In this document: in pieces, positions 28,177 to 36,451 of the stretch | Layout: every line of letters begins with the position of its first letter | Numbering within the stretch: the first letter of the stretch is position 1 | NCBI GenBank assembly: GCA_964513055.1 | Contig: CAZENI010000003.1 | Coordinates: 1-51,837, forward strand | DNA from: an uncultured Opitutus sp. | Lineage (GTDB): Bacteria > Verrucomicrobiota > Verrucomicrobiia > Opitutales > Opitutaceae | Length of the DNA stretch: 51,837 bases | Direction: 5' to 3' | Made by a program: the position numbers and the translations under genes | Notes under the pieces: model-generated | What the model was told of the DNA's origin: nothing | Seen by the model: the letters and a program-made list of their open reading frames with translations, nothing else | Database searches by the model: none

Positions 28177-30324
28177 TCACTCCGGCGGCAGTTCGTAGAT
28201 CTCGAGCAGCGCCTCGCCCGTCGCGCCGCTCACGCTGCGCACGAGGACCGTGTAGCCCTCGCCCGCCGCGAGGGTCACGACCACGGCGGCGTCCCGGCTG
28301 CCGGTCGCCATCGCCGCGGCTCCCGTCGCTTCGAACACCGGCGCGAGTTCCGCGTTCCAGTTGTCGTTCTCCGCGATCACCACCCCGTCGCTGCCGCGCA
28401 CCTCGAGCGCCGGATCCGCCAGCGCGTCCGACACGCCGAAAGCCACCAGTTGCGGCCCCATCGCCCGGATCAACAAGCGCTTGGTCCCCGTCCCCGTCAG
28501 GCTGAACCCGCCGATCAACACGTGCGCGGTTCCGTCGACCTGGGCGCGGGCCGAGAGGTTGACGATCCTGGACTGCGTTGACGGAGCGGGATCGTAGATC
28601 TCCATCAGCACCACGCCCGCCTCGGTCGCACGCGCGTGAGCCGTGCCGGGGCCGGAGGGCAAATCGACCACCAGCGCCGCATCCGCGCTGCCGCTCGGCA
28701 GGGGAAACGCGCCGAGCGCCGCAAACAATTCGGCGTCGCCGGCCTGCCAGTCGCCGTTCTCCGCCGTCATGACCGACGCCGCGTCGAACACCTCCAGCCG
28801 CGGGTCCACCACGCTATCCGGCACGCCAAAGGCCGCCAGGGTCGGGCCGACCGCCCGCAGCACCAGCGGCTTCGGGCCGGCGCTCTGAATCACAAAGCCC
28901 ACGTTGAGCACCGCGCGCGCCGACGGCAGCAGCGAGCGCACCGACAGGTTCGAGAGAAACGACTCCGGTTTCGGCGGCGTGACCGGCACGACCGGGATCT
29001 CCATCGGCGGAGACGTCACGGTCAGCGTCACCCCGCCGCTCGTGGTCGCGCCCAGGGCGTTCGCCACGAGAACGGAGTAGACCCCGCTGTCGGCGACGGT
29101 CGCCGCGAGGATCGAGAACGTCGCGTTCGTGGCCTGCGGAATGGCCACGCCATCCTTCAGCCATTGGTAGGAAAACGGCGCGGTGCCCGCGGCGGTGGCG
29201 GCCACGACGAAGCTCTCGCCGGACCGCACCGTGGTCGTCGAGGCGGCGACGCTCAAACCCACGATGGGGGCCGACGGCGGCGCGATGAACTCGATCTCCC
29301 ATTTGGAAATCCCTCCGACATAGAGCCGCGCAATCTGGCCGGCGCGGCGATCGGTGCCACCGGCCTCGAGCCCCATCACCTGCGGATAGAAAAAATACCA
29401 ACCGGGGAACTGCGACTTATCGAGAATCTTGCGCGGCTCCGACCACGACTCCGGCCGGCCGAGTTCGGTGGAATACGAAACATACACACCCTCCTGCGCC
29501 CAGCCGGGCTCTCCCGCGGCGCGATTCAGCAGCATCACAAAGCAGTTGAGATGGGTGTTCCAATGCACCGACGGCCCCCACAGCGCATCGGGGGCGAGCG
29601 CCTGCCAAGGCCTGCGCACCCGGAAGATGGGCGTCACGCGTCCGCCGATGCCGGGTTCCTGCCAGGTGCCGTTGTAGTATTTCCAGACCTTGCCCACGGG
29701 ATTGAAGCGGTCCGCAAACGCCATGCGCGCGATGCAGACTCCCTGGGTGCTCTCCGGCCCGCCGTAGTTGTCGAAGAGGAAATAAAAATAGGAGCGGTCG
29801 CGGTCGAGGGTGACCGTGAAATCGCCATGGCCCCCGGCGAAATAGCCGTTGCCCGCTTCCGGATCGAGCGGGTCGCCCGATTCGAGCACGACCCCGAGGT
29901 CGATCAGCGTGGAGCCGCCATCGAGCGAAATCACCGCCCCGATCTTCGGCGCCGTGAGCGTCGAGTCCGGGATCAGGTTGAGCGGCTCGCCATGATACCA
30001 ACCCCAGAGCACGCCGTTTTCCTCCGGCCAGACCGACTCCAGCCAGTGGGGATAGGCGTTGGACGTCTCCAGGCCGACCTCCCGCGTTTCCCACGGCCCG
30101 AACTGATCCGGTCCCACGCTCAGCGACGGGCCGCCATGCGACCCAAACCAGTGAAGCTTTCCATCCCGCCAAAACGCCGGGCTGTTGCTGTCGATCGCCG
30201 TCGGCATCGACACCCGGCTTGCCGGCCGCACCACCGCTTCCTGACCACCGGCGCGACTCCCCAGGCCGAGCACGGCGAGCCCCAGCAGCAAGACGTCGAG
30301 AAACCGGCGCGCAGGGTGGAGCAT
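28177..30324 (-). CDS. Secreted protein: beta-propeller glycoside-hydrolase-like domain + Ig domain + twin Opitutaceae C-terminal domains
   Basis: ATG 30324, signal peptide; IDSNSPAFW, AGGHGDF, WGPSVHWN; Ig motif YQWLKDG...DSGVYSV; two NLSxR...LRAxGP...ExY repeats. Confidence 0.78.
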   Translation of the reverse strand: MLHPARRFLDVLLLGLAVLGLGSRAGGQEAVVRPASRVSMPTAIDSNSPAFWRDGKLHWFGSHGGPSLSVGPDQFGPWETREVGLETSNAYPHWLESVWPEENGVLWGWYHGEPLNLIPDSTLTAPKIGAVISLDGGSTLIDLGVVLESGDPLDPEAGNGYFAGGHGDFTVTLDRDRSYFYFLFDNYGGPESTQGVCIARMAFADRFNPVGKVWKYYNGTWQEPGIGGRVTPIFRVRRPWQALAPDALWGPSVHWNTHLNCFVMLLNRAAGEPGWAQEGVYVSYSTELGRPESWSEPRKILDKSQFPGWYFFYPQVMGLEAGGTDRRAGQIARLYVGGISKWEIEFIAPPSAPIVGLSVAASTTTVRSGESFVVAATAAGTAPFSYQWLKDGVAIPQATNATFSILAATVADSGVYSVLVANALGATTSGGVTLTVTSPPMEIPVVPVTPPKPESFLSNLSVRSLLPSARAVLNVGFVIQSAGPKPLVLRAVGPTLAAFGVPDSVVDPRLEVFDAASVMTAENGDWQAGDAELFAALGAFPLPSGSADAALVVDLPSGPGTAHARATEAGVVLMEIYDPAPSTQSRIVNLSARAQVDGTAHVLIGGFSLTGTGTKRLLIRAMGPQLVAFGVSDALADPALEVRGSDGVVIAENDNWNAELAPVFEATGAAAMATGSRDAAVVVTLAAGEGYTVLVRSVSGATGEALLEIYELPPE

Positions 30325-30349
30325 GTGAAGTCCGTAGCGACGCGCGGCG

Positions 30350-30400
30350 GTCAAATGTGTTTCACGATGATTATGTGAAAATTGTGTCACACCGCTTGAC
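30350..30400. promoter_or_regulatory. AT-rich operator-like region upstream of the propeller/Ig gene
   Basis: TTTCAC-N9-GTGAAA (30360-30380) overlapping TGTGA-N8-TCACA (30374-30391); TTGACC on the minus strand at 30354-30349. Confidence 0.4.
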
Positions 30401-30503
30401 GCGCGGCTGAAGCCAGCGGCCAGGGGCGGTTTTCTCCGACCGGCCGCACCCGACCCGGATACCCCACGCCACACACCCATCGCCACACCGCCAGACCGGC
30501 CCC

Positions 30504-31355
30504 TCAATGCGTCATCACGTAGCAGATGATGTTTACCGCGAGCGGGTAAGCGATCTTCTCGGCATACTTCTCGAAATACTCGTGGTTCTCGCCTTCGCGT
30601 TCCCAGCCATCGCTGTCGTCGGAGTTGTGGAGGCCCATGACCATGAGGCGGCCCTTGGCGTCGAAGAGCACGCGGTGGTGGATCTGGGTGCCGGGAATCT
30701 TGATGCCGACATGGATGTTGGGCACCTGGGCCTTCTCGCGGATGTTCACGACCATCCGGTAAAGCGGATGCTCGATCGGCAGCTCCTCGAAACGCGACCC
30801 CGGCAGAATCTCCCGAAACAGCCGCTCGACGTGCGCCATGTCGGGCTCGCCCCAGAAATCCGTCATCAGCATGAAGCCGCCGTTCAGCAGATACCCGCGC
30901 AGGGCGACGACTTCCTCCGCCGTCAGGCCCATCGCGCCCGGAGCCGCCGCGAAAAGAAAGGGATAGTCCGCCAGATCGGGATCGGTGGCGCGCACCAGGC
31001 GGGCGTTGGGATCGACGCGGAGCGAGGTCATCTGCTGGAGCCGGTAGGACAGGTTGAGATCGGCATCGGGCAGATCGGTCGTCCAGCCGCCGCGGCGAGA
31101 GGTCATCGGGCGCGGCGCCGCGTCGTAGCGCAACCGGGCAAACGTGAAGACATCCGTCTCGAAGCCACGCGGATTCTCCCACAGCGGTGTGCCGGTGCTG
31201 CGCGTGCCCAGTTCGCGGGCCGTGCGCGTGCCGTCGGGCACATGGATCTGCCCGCCCCCAAACCGCCCCTGCGCGAACAGCAACGCCCCGCCCAGCAGCC
31301 CGAGCGCGATCGGGACCCCGAACCCGGCGACCCGGCGAAAGCGGAAGGCACGCAT
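30504..31355 (-). CDS. DUF4159 domain-containing protein
   Basis: ATG 31355; FTFARLRY, WTTDLPDADLNLSYRL, YPFLF, LRGYLLNGGFMLMTDFWG, ELPIEHPLY, HNSDDSDGWERE, VNIICYVMTH. Confidence 0.92.
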   Translation of the reverse strand: MRAFRFRRVAGFGVPIALGLLGGALLFAQGRFGGGQIHVPDGTRTARELGTRSTGTPLWENPRGFETDVFTFARLRYDAAPRPMTSRRGGWTTDLPDADLNLSYRLQQMTSLRVDPNARLVRATDPDLADYPFLFAAAPGAMGLTAEEVVALRGYLLNGGFMLMTDFWGEPDMAHVERLFREILPGSRFEELPIEHPLYRMVVNIREKAQVPNIHVGIKIPGTQIHHRVLFDAKGRLMVMGLHNSDDSDGWEREGENHEYFEKYAEKIAYPLAVNIICYVMTH

Positions 31356-31446
31356 GGGGTTTCTGAATACGGCGCCGGCCCGCCACCGCAATGGCAATGA
31401 CGACCTGCGGGGCCGGCCCCGCGGCATTCATGCCTCGTCGCTGCTC

Positions 31447-31491
31447 GCGTGAGCGAGCGGGCGGATCGTCACTCGCTCACGCTCGCGGCCA
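31447..31491. repeat. Dispersed REP-like hairpin, copy 2
   Basis: 11-bp perfect IR GCGTGAGCGAG (31447-31457) / CTCGCTCACGC (31472-31482); shares blocks with 17458-17490. Confidence 0.65.
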
Positions 31492-31538
31492 CGCTCCCAC
31501 GCCGCCAGAGTGACCGCCCGCCAACCGCCGCCGAAAAA

Positions 31539-32219
31539 CTACCGGCGCGATCCCGCACCGATCGGTTGACGCGAACGCGTCGTGCCAGGGTAGCGGGCGT
31601 CCAGCAGACTGACTATAGCGGCCTTCAGCTTCTTGAGTTGCTCGGCCGATTTCAACGGCTGGGGTGGTTTCGTGCCGGCGTCGTTGGGCGATTGATCGTC
31701 TCCGTCACCTAGAGGCTCGCACTTCCGCTGCCAAAGACGGGGCGGGCTGAACTCGAAGAGTTCCAGTGCCGCGGTAACGGGATTCTCGTCCTCCCGCCGC
31801 TTCGAACAGGTGGTGACGAAGCGCTTTAGTATCGCCCGACAACCCGGCAAAAACCTCCGATCATACGACTTCACGTTGATCGTGCGAAGATCGCGCAGAT
31901 TGAAAGGCAGCGATTCGCTCTCCTCGAGCAATGGGATCGCGTGCAGCCCCGTCGCGTGCCGGATCCCGAGTTCATACAGCACATTCGGATTCCATCCCGT
32001 GATGTCTGCGATCACCAAGTCCTCCGTCATCAGCCGCCGCACCACCTCTCGTGTGATGAGTCCCGATTCGCGAATCTCATCCGCCCTCACCACCGAATAA
32101 CCGCACTGGTCGCAAACCGGCCGCACCAGATTCCGCAGTATCCAGTTGGAGCGCCGCCGCACGGCGCTCTGCTCCGGTCCGAACGGAGAAATCACGAAAC
32201 AGCTCTTCCGTTTCTTCAC
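31539..32219 (-). CDS. Nucleoside 2-deoxyribosyltransferase/deoxyribohydrolase-like (TIR-like fold) protein
   Basis: GTG start 9 nt after the upstream stop; CFVISPFG, VVRADEI, DLVIADITGWNPNVLYELGIRHA, LPFNLRDLRTI. Confidence 0.85.
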   Translation of the reverse strand: MKKRKSCFVISPFGPEQSAVRRRSNWILRNLVRPVCDQCGYSVVRADEIRESGLITREVVRRLMTEDLVIADITGWNPNVLYELGIRHATGLHAIPLLEESESLPFNLRDLRTINVKSYDRRFLPGCRAILKRFVTTCSKRREDENPVTAALELFEFSPPRLWQRKCEPLGDGDDQSPNDAGTKPPQPLKSAEQLKKLKAAIVSLLDARYPGTTRSRQPIGAGSRR

Positions 32220-32228
32220 GGTCCCGAT

Positions 32229-33806
32229 TTATTCCGGCTTCGGCTTTGGCGCCTCACGGCTTTTCTCGATCTGGTTCAGGAATCGGTTCACGGCTTTTTT
32301 CACCTCTGCTTCGGGATCGCGCTCGTCAAATTCGTGCCGCAGGAGGTCGGCGATGTCGGCATGCAACGGCGCCTTCCGCTCCCGCAGCAGGAGCACCCGC
32401 TGGCCGCGCGAAAGGAAAAACCCAAGCTCCAAGGCGACGTTGGCATTGGCACTCGCAAACACCCCGCGTTTCTTGGCGGCCCGCCGCTCTCGTTGCGGCA
32501 ACGGCGACTTCGACTCACGCATGTGCACGGCGATGCCTTGGCAACTCGAGAGCATGTTGATCAACATGTTTCCCCACAGGTTCGGCAGAAAGGATCGGTC
32601 GTCGTCGTCGGTCCGGATCGCGAAGTAACCCCGCCGGCTGCAGGCGCCCCTGATTGCCTCGAGAACCCGCTGATACCGCTTTTCTTTGCGGAATGGCATC
32701 ATCACGAAGACCGTCTTTTCAAACGGCGTCTTGCTCCAGATTGCTTCCAGCAATTTCTCGTGGCTGACGAACATCTCGTGCTGCTTCTGAAATCGCAGGT
32801 ATATCTTCAGGTCCCGATCGAGCGCCACGGCGGTATAGAGGGCCTTCTGCCCGCGTGAGAGCAGCATCTCCGTCAACGACACGGCACAGGATTCCACTTC
32901 GTCCGGTCCCAGCAACCTGAGCCCGACCGCGCAAGCCTTGGCCAGGACGTGATAAAATTCTCCCTGCGGCGCTGCACCGCCATATTCGTGTAGCAATTTC
33001 GGCAATTCCTTGGCCTTGGTCGCCAGCGCGAACAACTCGGAAACCGCCGCCTCGGCGATGACCCGCGCCTCGCTGTCGGCAGGGTCGCTCAGGATGTCCT
33101 CGATCAGGTAGATGTGCCAAAGCAGCGTCTCCGACGAGAACTTGTAGCCCTTGACCGCCTCGACCAGTCGCGTCCGGATTGCCTTCAATTCCGGCGGAAC
33201 GGGAAGATCCGCCGGGGCTGCACGACGGAGAAAATAGTAGAAGCCGAGTTGGTTGGCGCTCAGTCGCGAGTCGCGCGAAGTCCGGTCGAGAAACGCGACC
33301 GCCGCACGCAAGGGTTGGGCAAACATGGGATGGTCGACGCGCAGCAGCGTCTTCACACACCACAACGTTGAGAAGAAATCCCCGCCGTGTAGAAACGCGG
33401 TGTAACAGGTGAACTGGCCGTCCGCCAACTGCGAGGGCAGGATCCGCTCCTCGATCAGCCTGGCAACGTCATCCGACCCGGGGCGAAGTCGCGCGAAGGT
33501 ATCGATGCAAAACTGGGAATATAATACATCACTCTTCGGATTCAGCATCCAGCCGAGGATCGTGTCGTTGTAGTAGGAAAAGAGCGCCGGATTGAGCGCG
33601 CACAGCAACTCCACGAGATGATGCATCGCAGGCAGGTGCGGCGATACCGCCCCGCCGGGGTCGCGGGCCAGAATCTCCCCGGTCGGAGTAACCTGCTGAA
33701 TGAGCGAGGACGCGATGTTCGCGACGTGCGCCTGGAGGTTGCGCTTGTGATCTGCTTTCATGTTGGCGGCGACGAAGGAGAGTTCCTGCAGGACTGACGT
33801 CGCCAT
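32229..33806 (-). CDS. Fusion of an N-terminal all-helical (prenyltransferase/alpha-alpha toroid-like) domain and a C-terminal NDT/deoxyribohydrolase (TIR-like) domain
   Basis: ATG 33806. QLADGQF...DFFSTLWCVKTL resembles a prenyltransferase/QW repeat. C-terminal TVFVMMPF, AIRTDD, NANVALELGFFLSRGQRVLLLRE, LHADI. Confidence 0.75.
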   Translation of the reverse strand: MATSVLQELSFVAANMKADHKRNLQAHVANIASSLIQQVTPTGEILARDPGGAVSPHLPAMHHLVELLCALNPALFSYYNDTILGWMLNPKSDVLYSQFCIDTFARLRPGSDDVARLIEERILPSQLADGQFTCYTAFLHGGDFFSTLWCVKTLLRVDHPMFAQPLRAAVAFLDRTSRDSRLSANQLGFYYFLRRAAPADLPVPPELKAIRTRLVEAVKGYKFSSETLLWHIYLIEDILSDPADSEARVIAEAAVSELFALATKAKELPKLLHEYGGAAPQGEFYHVLAKACAVGLRLLGPDEVESCAVSLTEMLLSRGQKALYTAVALDRDLKIYLRFQKQHEMFVSHEKLLEAIWSKTPFEKTVFVMMPFRKEKRYQRVLEAIRGACSRRGYFAIRTDDDDRSFLPNLWGNMLINMLSSCQGIAVHMRESKSPLPQRERRAAKKRGVFASANANVALELGFFLSRGQRVLLLRERKAPLHADIADLLRHEFDERDPEAEVKKAVNRFLNQIEKSREAPKPKPE

Positions 33807-34291
33807 CGCCCGGCCATGGCGCCGGTCGTTGGCGGAAACTAGAATGGAGCGGAGAAGCCACCGTCGCGTGAAGCTGCGCGGACGGAATTCACCTGAAGCT
33901 AGGCTGACGAGCACCGGGTAGAAACTTGAAGGACGAGAAACGAGGTCCGACTCGGCCCCGAATGACAAGTCTGGATGCTGCGCATCGCTTGTAGCGGCAG
34001 CCCATCACTGAAGTCGCGCTAATTGCCGTTTTATATACGACTATGTAGTTTTTCCCCGCCGGATGCCACCACGTCAGCCACTCGTGCCGCGAGTGCTGGG
34101 CTGATCCGGGTCGGAACTGGGTCCGGCGAGCGATGCAAGCGCGGCCCGAAGGACCGCTGCAGGGAGAATCGGCGCGCACCCGCCGCGACAGCGCCGTCAG
34201 CAATCGCCCGCGCCCCGCTACGCATTACCGCGCTGCGCGCTTCGGTCGTTTCCCTTTGCGCCGGCCCGCTCGCGTCCAAGTCTGCCGCTCC

Positions 34292-35389
34292 ATGGCCCGC
34301 CCCCGCACGATCAAGTCCACCGCCGGTATCAACGCCGACTGGCGCGCGCTGGAACCGGACTCGCAGGTGCGCGTGTTTTCCCCGAATCAGGTCATCTTCG
34401 CGGCCGGTGATGCCGGCGACGGTTTCTATCTGGTCGTCGAAGGCCGCGTGCAGATCTCGGCGCTGGTCGGCTCCACGGAGTCGCGGCCGCTCGCCACCAT
34501 TGGCCCCGGAGATTTCTTCGGCGAGATGGCCGTCGTCGACGACGCGCCGCGCTCCGCCACCGCGACCGCGGAGGTGCGGACGAAGACCCTCTTCGTGGAA
34601 CGCCATCGTCTGCTGCAACTGCTCGAGCGGCAGCCCCGCCTCGCGCTGCGCATCATCCGCGCCTTCATCGCCCGGATGCGCAGCCTCAACCAGAAATACG
34701 TGGAGGAGATCGTCCAGGCCGAGCGCCTCTCCGTCGTCGGCCGCTTCGCCACCAGCATCGTCCACGATTTCAAGCCCCCGCTGGCCGTGATTGGCCTGGC
34801 CACCGACCTGGCCTGCAGCCGCGGCAGCCGGCTGGCGCAACGCCGGCAGATGCGGGCGATGGTCGCGCAGCAGACCACCCGGATGAAGACCATGCTGCAG
34901 GAACTGATCGACTACACGCGGCCCGGCGGCCAGCAGCCGAAGCTGCGACCGATGCAGTTCGCGCGTTACCTGAATTCGTTCGCGGAGCAGGCCAGCCCCG
35001 AACTCGCGCAGCGCGGCGTGAAACTGGTCGTCGCCACGCCGCCGCCCAGCGTCCCGGTGCGCATCGAACCGCACCGCCTCTCGCGCCTCTTCTACAACCT
35101 CCTCAGCAACGCCGCCGACGAGATGAAGGACGGCGGCAAGATCACGCTGCGCTTCAAGAAAACCGGCGACGAGCTGCAGGTCGAGGTGCAGGACGACGGC
35201 CACGGCATCTCGCCGGAGCTGGCCGACTCGCTCTTCCAGCCGTTCGCGACCCACGGCAAGCCCAACGGCACCGGCCTCGGGCTCACCATCTGCCGGCGCA
35301 TCGCCGAGGATCACGGCGGTCGCATCTGGGCGACGAGCGTCCCCGGCCGCGGCGCCACGTTTTCCTTCACCCTGCCGCTGGCCCGTTAG
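34292..35389 (+). CDS. Cytoplasmic sensor histidine kinase with cyclic-nucleotide-binding domain
   Basis: ATG 34292; cNMP motif IFAAGDAGDGFYLVVEGRV...GDFFGEMA...RSATA; H-box SIVHDFKPPL; NLLSNA, DDGHGI, FQPFAT, GTGLGL. Confidence 0.93.
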   Translation: MARPRTIKSTAGINADWRALEPDSQVRVFSPNQVIFAAGDAGDGFYLVVEGRVQISALVGSTESRPLATIGPGDFFGEMAVVDDAPRSATATAEVRTKTLFVERHRLLQLLERQPRLALRIIRAFIARMRSLNQKYVEEIVQAERLSVVGRFATSIVHDFKPPLAVIGLATDLACSRGSRLAQRRQMRAMVAQQTTRMKTMLQELIDYTRPGGQQPKLRPMQFARYLNSFAEQASPELAQRGVKLVVATPPPSVPVRIEPHRLSRLFYNLLSNAADEMKDGGKITLRFKKTGDELQVEVQDDGHGISPELADSLFQPFATHGKPNGTGLGLTICRRIAEDHGGRIWATSVPGRGATFSFTLPLAR

Positions 35390-35420
35390 CCCTCGGCCAT
35401 CCGCCCGGCGCGGAGGCGGT

Positions 35421-36134
35421 TCACTGCCGCCGCCAGATCTTCACATCATCGACGACCGCATTGCGAGGCACGGCGAGGCGCAGCATCCGCTTCGTCGGAT
35501 GCGCAATGCCCGGTGATTTGAAATTCCCCACGAGCTTCCCGTCGAGCGTCACCGCGAGATCGTCTCCGGTCACCGTCACCAGCAGATCGTGCCACGTGCC
35601 GATCCCGACCGCGTGCGGCACGGCCTTCTGCTTGCCCTTGAGCGCCGCCTGCTGCTCGTCGGTCAGCTTCGTCTTCGCCTTCCGCGCCGTGTGGATGTCG
35701 AGCCGCATGTTGCCGGTCATCAGATCCTGGAAGAGCACTTGCTTCGGACTGACGCGGACCGCGAACAGATGGCCGGCATGGACCTCCTTCAACTGCGCGT
35801 CGGCGAAATCCAGCCCGAGGCTGTCCCGCGCGTCCTCGAGCATGAAGCGCATCGCCACCGCGCCATCCTTGAACTCCGCCGCCTGCGTGACCGACACCGC
35901 GTGGTCGGCCTCGGCGTGGATGAAAATGTGCATCGCCCCGTCGCGGAGATCGACCTGCTTGTGGCCCTTCGCGCGACTCTTGCTATTCGTGCCCCAACCG
36001 CGGCCGGGCTCGTCGGTTTTCTCCTGCGACTCGCTGCGCGCGAAATCATCCTCGAAGATCAACCGGCCCCGATCTTCGGCCGCCGCGAGCGGCGATAGGA
36101 GCAGGAGCGAAACCAGCAGGAAGGCGGCTTTCAT
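35421..36134 (-). CDS. Secreted LamG/DUF1080-like protein
   Basis: Signal peptide; GRLIFEDDF, FKDGAVAMRF, VHAGHL, WHDLLVTVTGD...LDGK, GIAHPTK, VDDVKIW. Confidence 0.78.
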   Translation of the reverse strand: MKAAFLLVSLLLLSPLAAAEDRGRLIFEDDFARSESQEKTDEPGRGWGTNSKSRAKGHKQVDLRDGAMHIFIHAEADHAVSVTQAAEFKDGAVAMRFMLEDARDSLGLDFADAQLKEVHAGHLFAVRVSPKQVLFQDLMTGNMRLDIHTARKAKTKLTDEQQAALKGKQKAVPHAVGIGTWHDLLVTVTGDDLAVTLDGKLVGNFKSPGIAHPTKRMLRLAVPRNAVVDDVKIWRRQ

Positions 36135-36205
36135 TGTGCAGAGGATGGCGGCTGTTGCCGCCGAAACAACTTCTTTGCCGCCCCGCCGCCCCGGCTGATC
36201 GCGCT

Positions 36206-36415
36206 TCAGCGCGAACCGGTGCGCTGGCCGCTGATCCCGTCGCGGGTGTTCCCGCGCATCATCTTCTCCTGGGCCTGCGTCTGCTTCCGGCTTTCCCGCT
36301 CCATCTCACGGGCCATCCGGTCCTTTTCCTTCTGCGTCAGCTCCGGCTGATTCGCACAGCCGGCGAAACCGAGGACCACCGTCAACACCGTGAACGCATA
36401 CCAGCGGGTTTTCAT
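36206..36415 (-). CDS. Small lipoprotein (69 aa)
   Basis: MKTRWYAFTVLTVVLGFAGC with lipobox FAG-C, followed by a charged helix. Confidence 0.72.
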   Translation of the reverse strand: MKTRWYAFTVLTVVLGFAGCANQPELTQKEKDRMAREMERESRKQTQAQEKMMRGNTRDGISGQRTGSR

Positions 36416-36451
36416 GTGCTGCATCCGATTGCGGCACATCCGCGCGCCACG

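Noticed and set aside
30325-31431. N-terminal extension of the 1084-aa ORF
   Set aside because: It overlaps DUF4159 out of frame; the signal peptide starts at 30324. The same applies to the extensions of engB, the PRMT-like gene and 41728-44115.
31539-33806. Canonical Thoeris or CBASS system
   Set aside because: No SIR2/Macro/SLOG ThsA or cyclase is present, and the motifs fit NDT/deoxyribohydrolase-like rather than ThsB TIR domains.
33889-34203. ORF containing HPAGKNYIVVYKT, faintly like a ParE/RelE toxin strand
   Set aside because: The match is only a few residues, there is no antitoxin, and it coincides with the AT-rich probable promoter.
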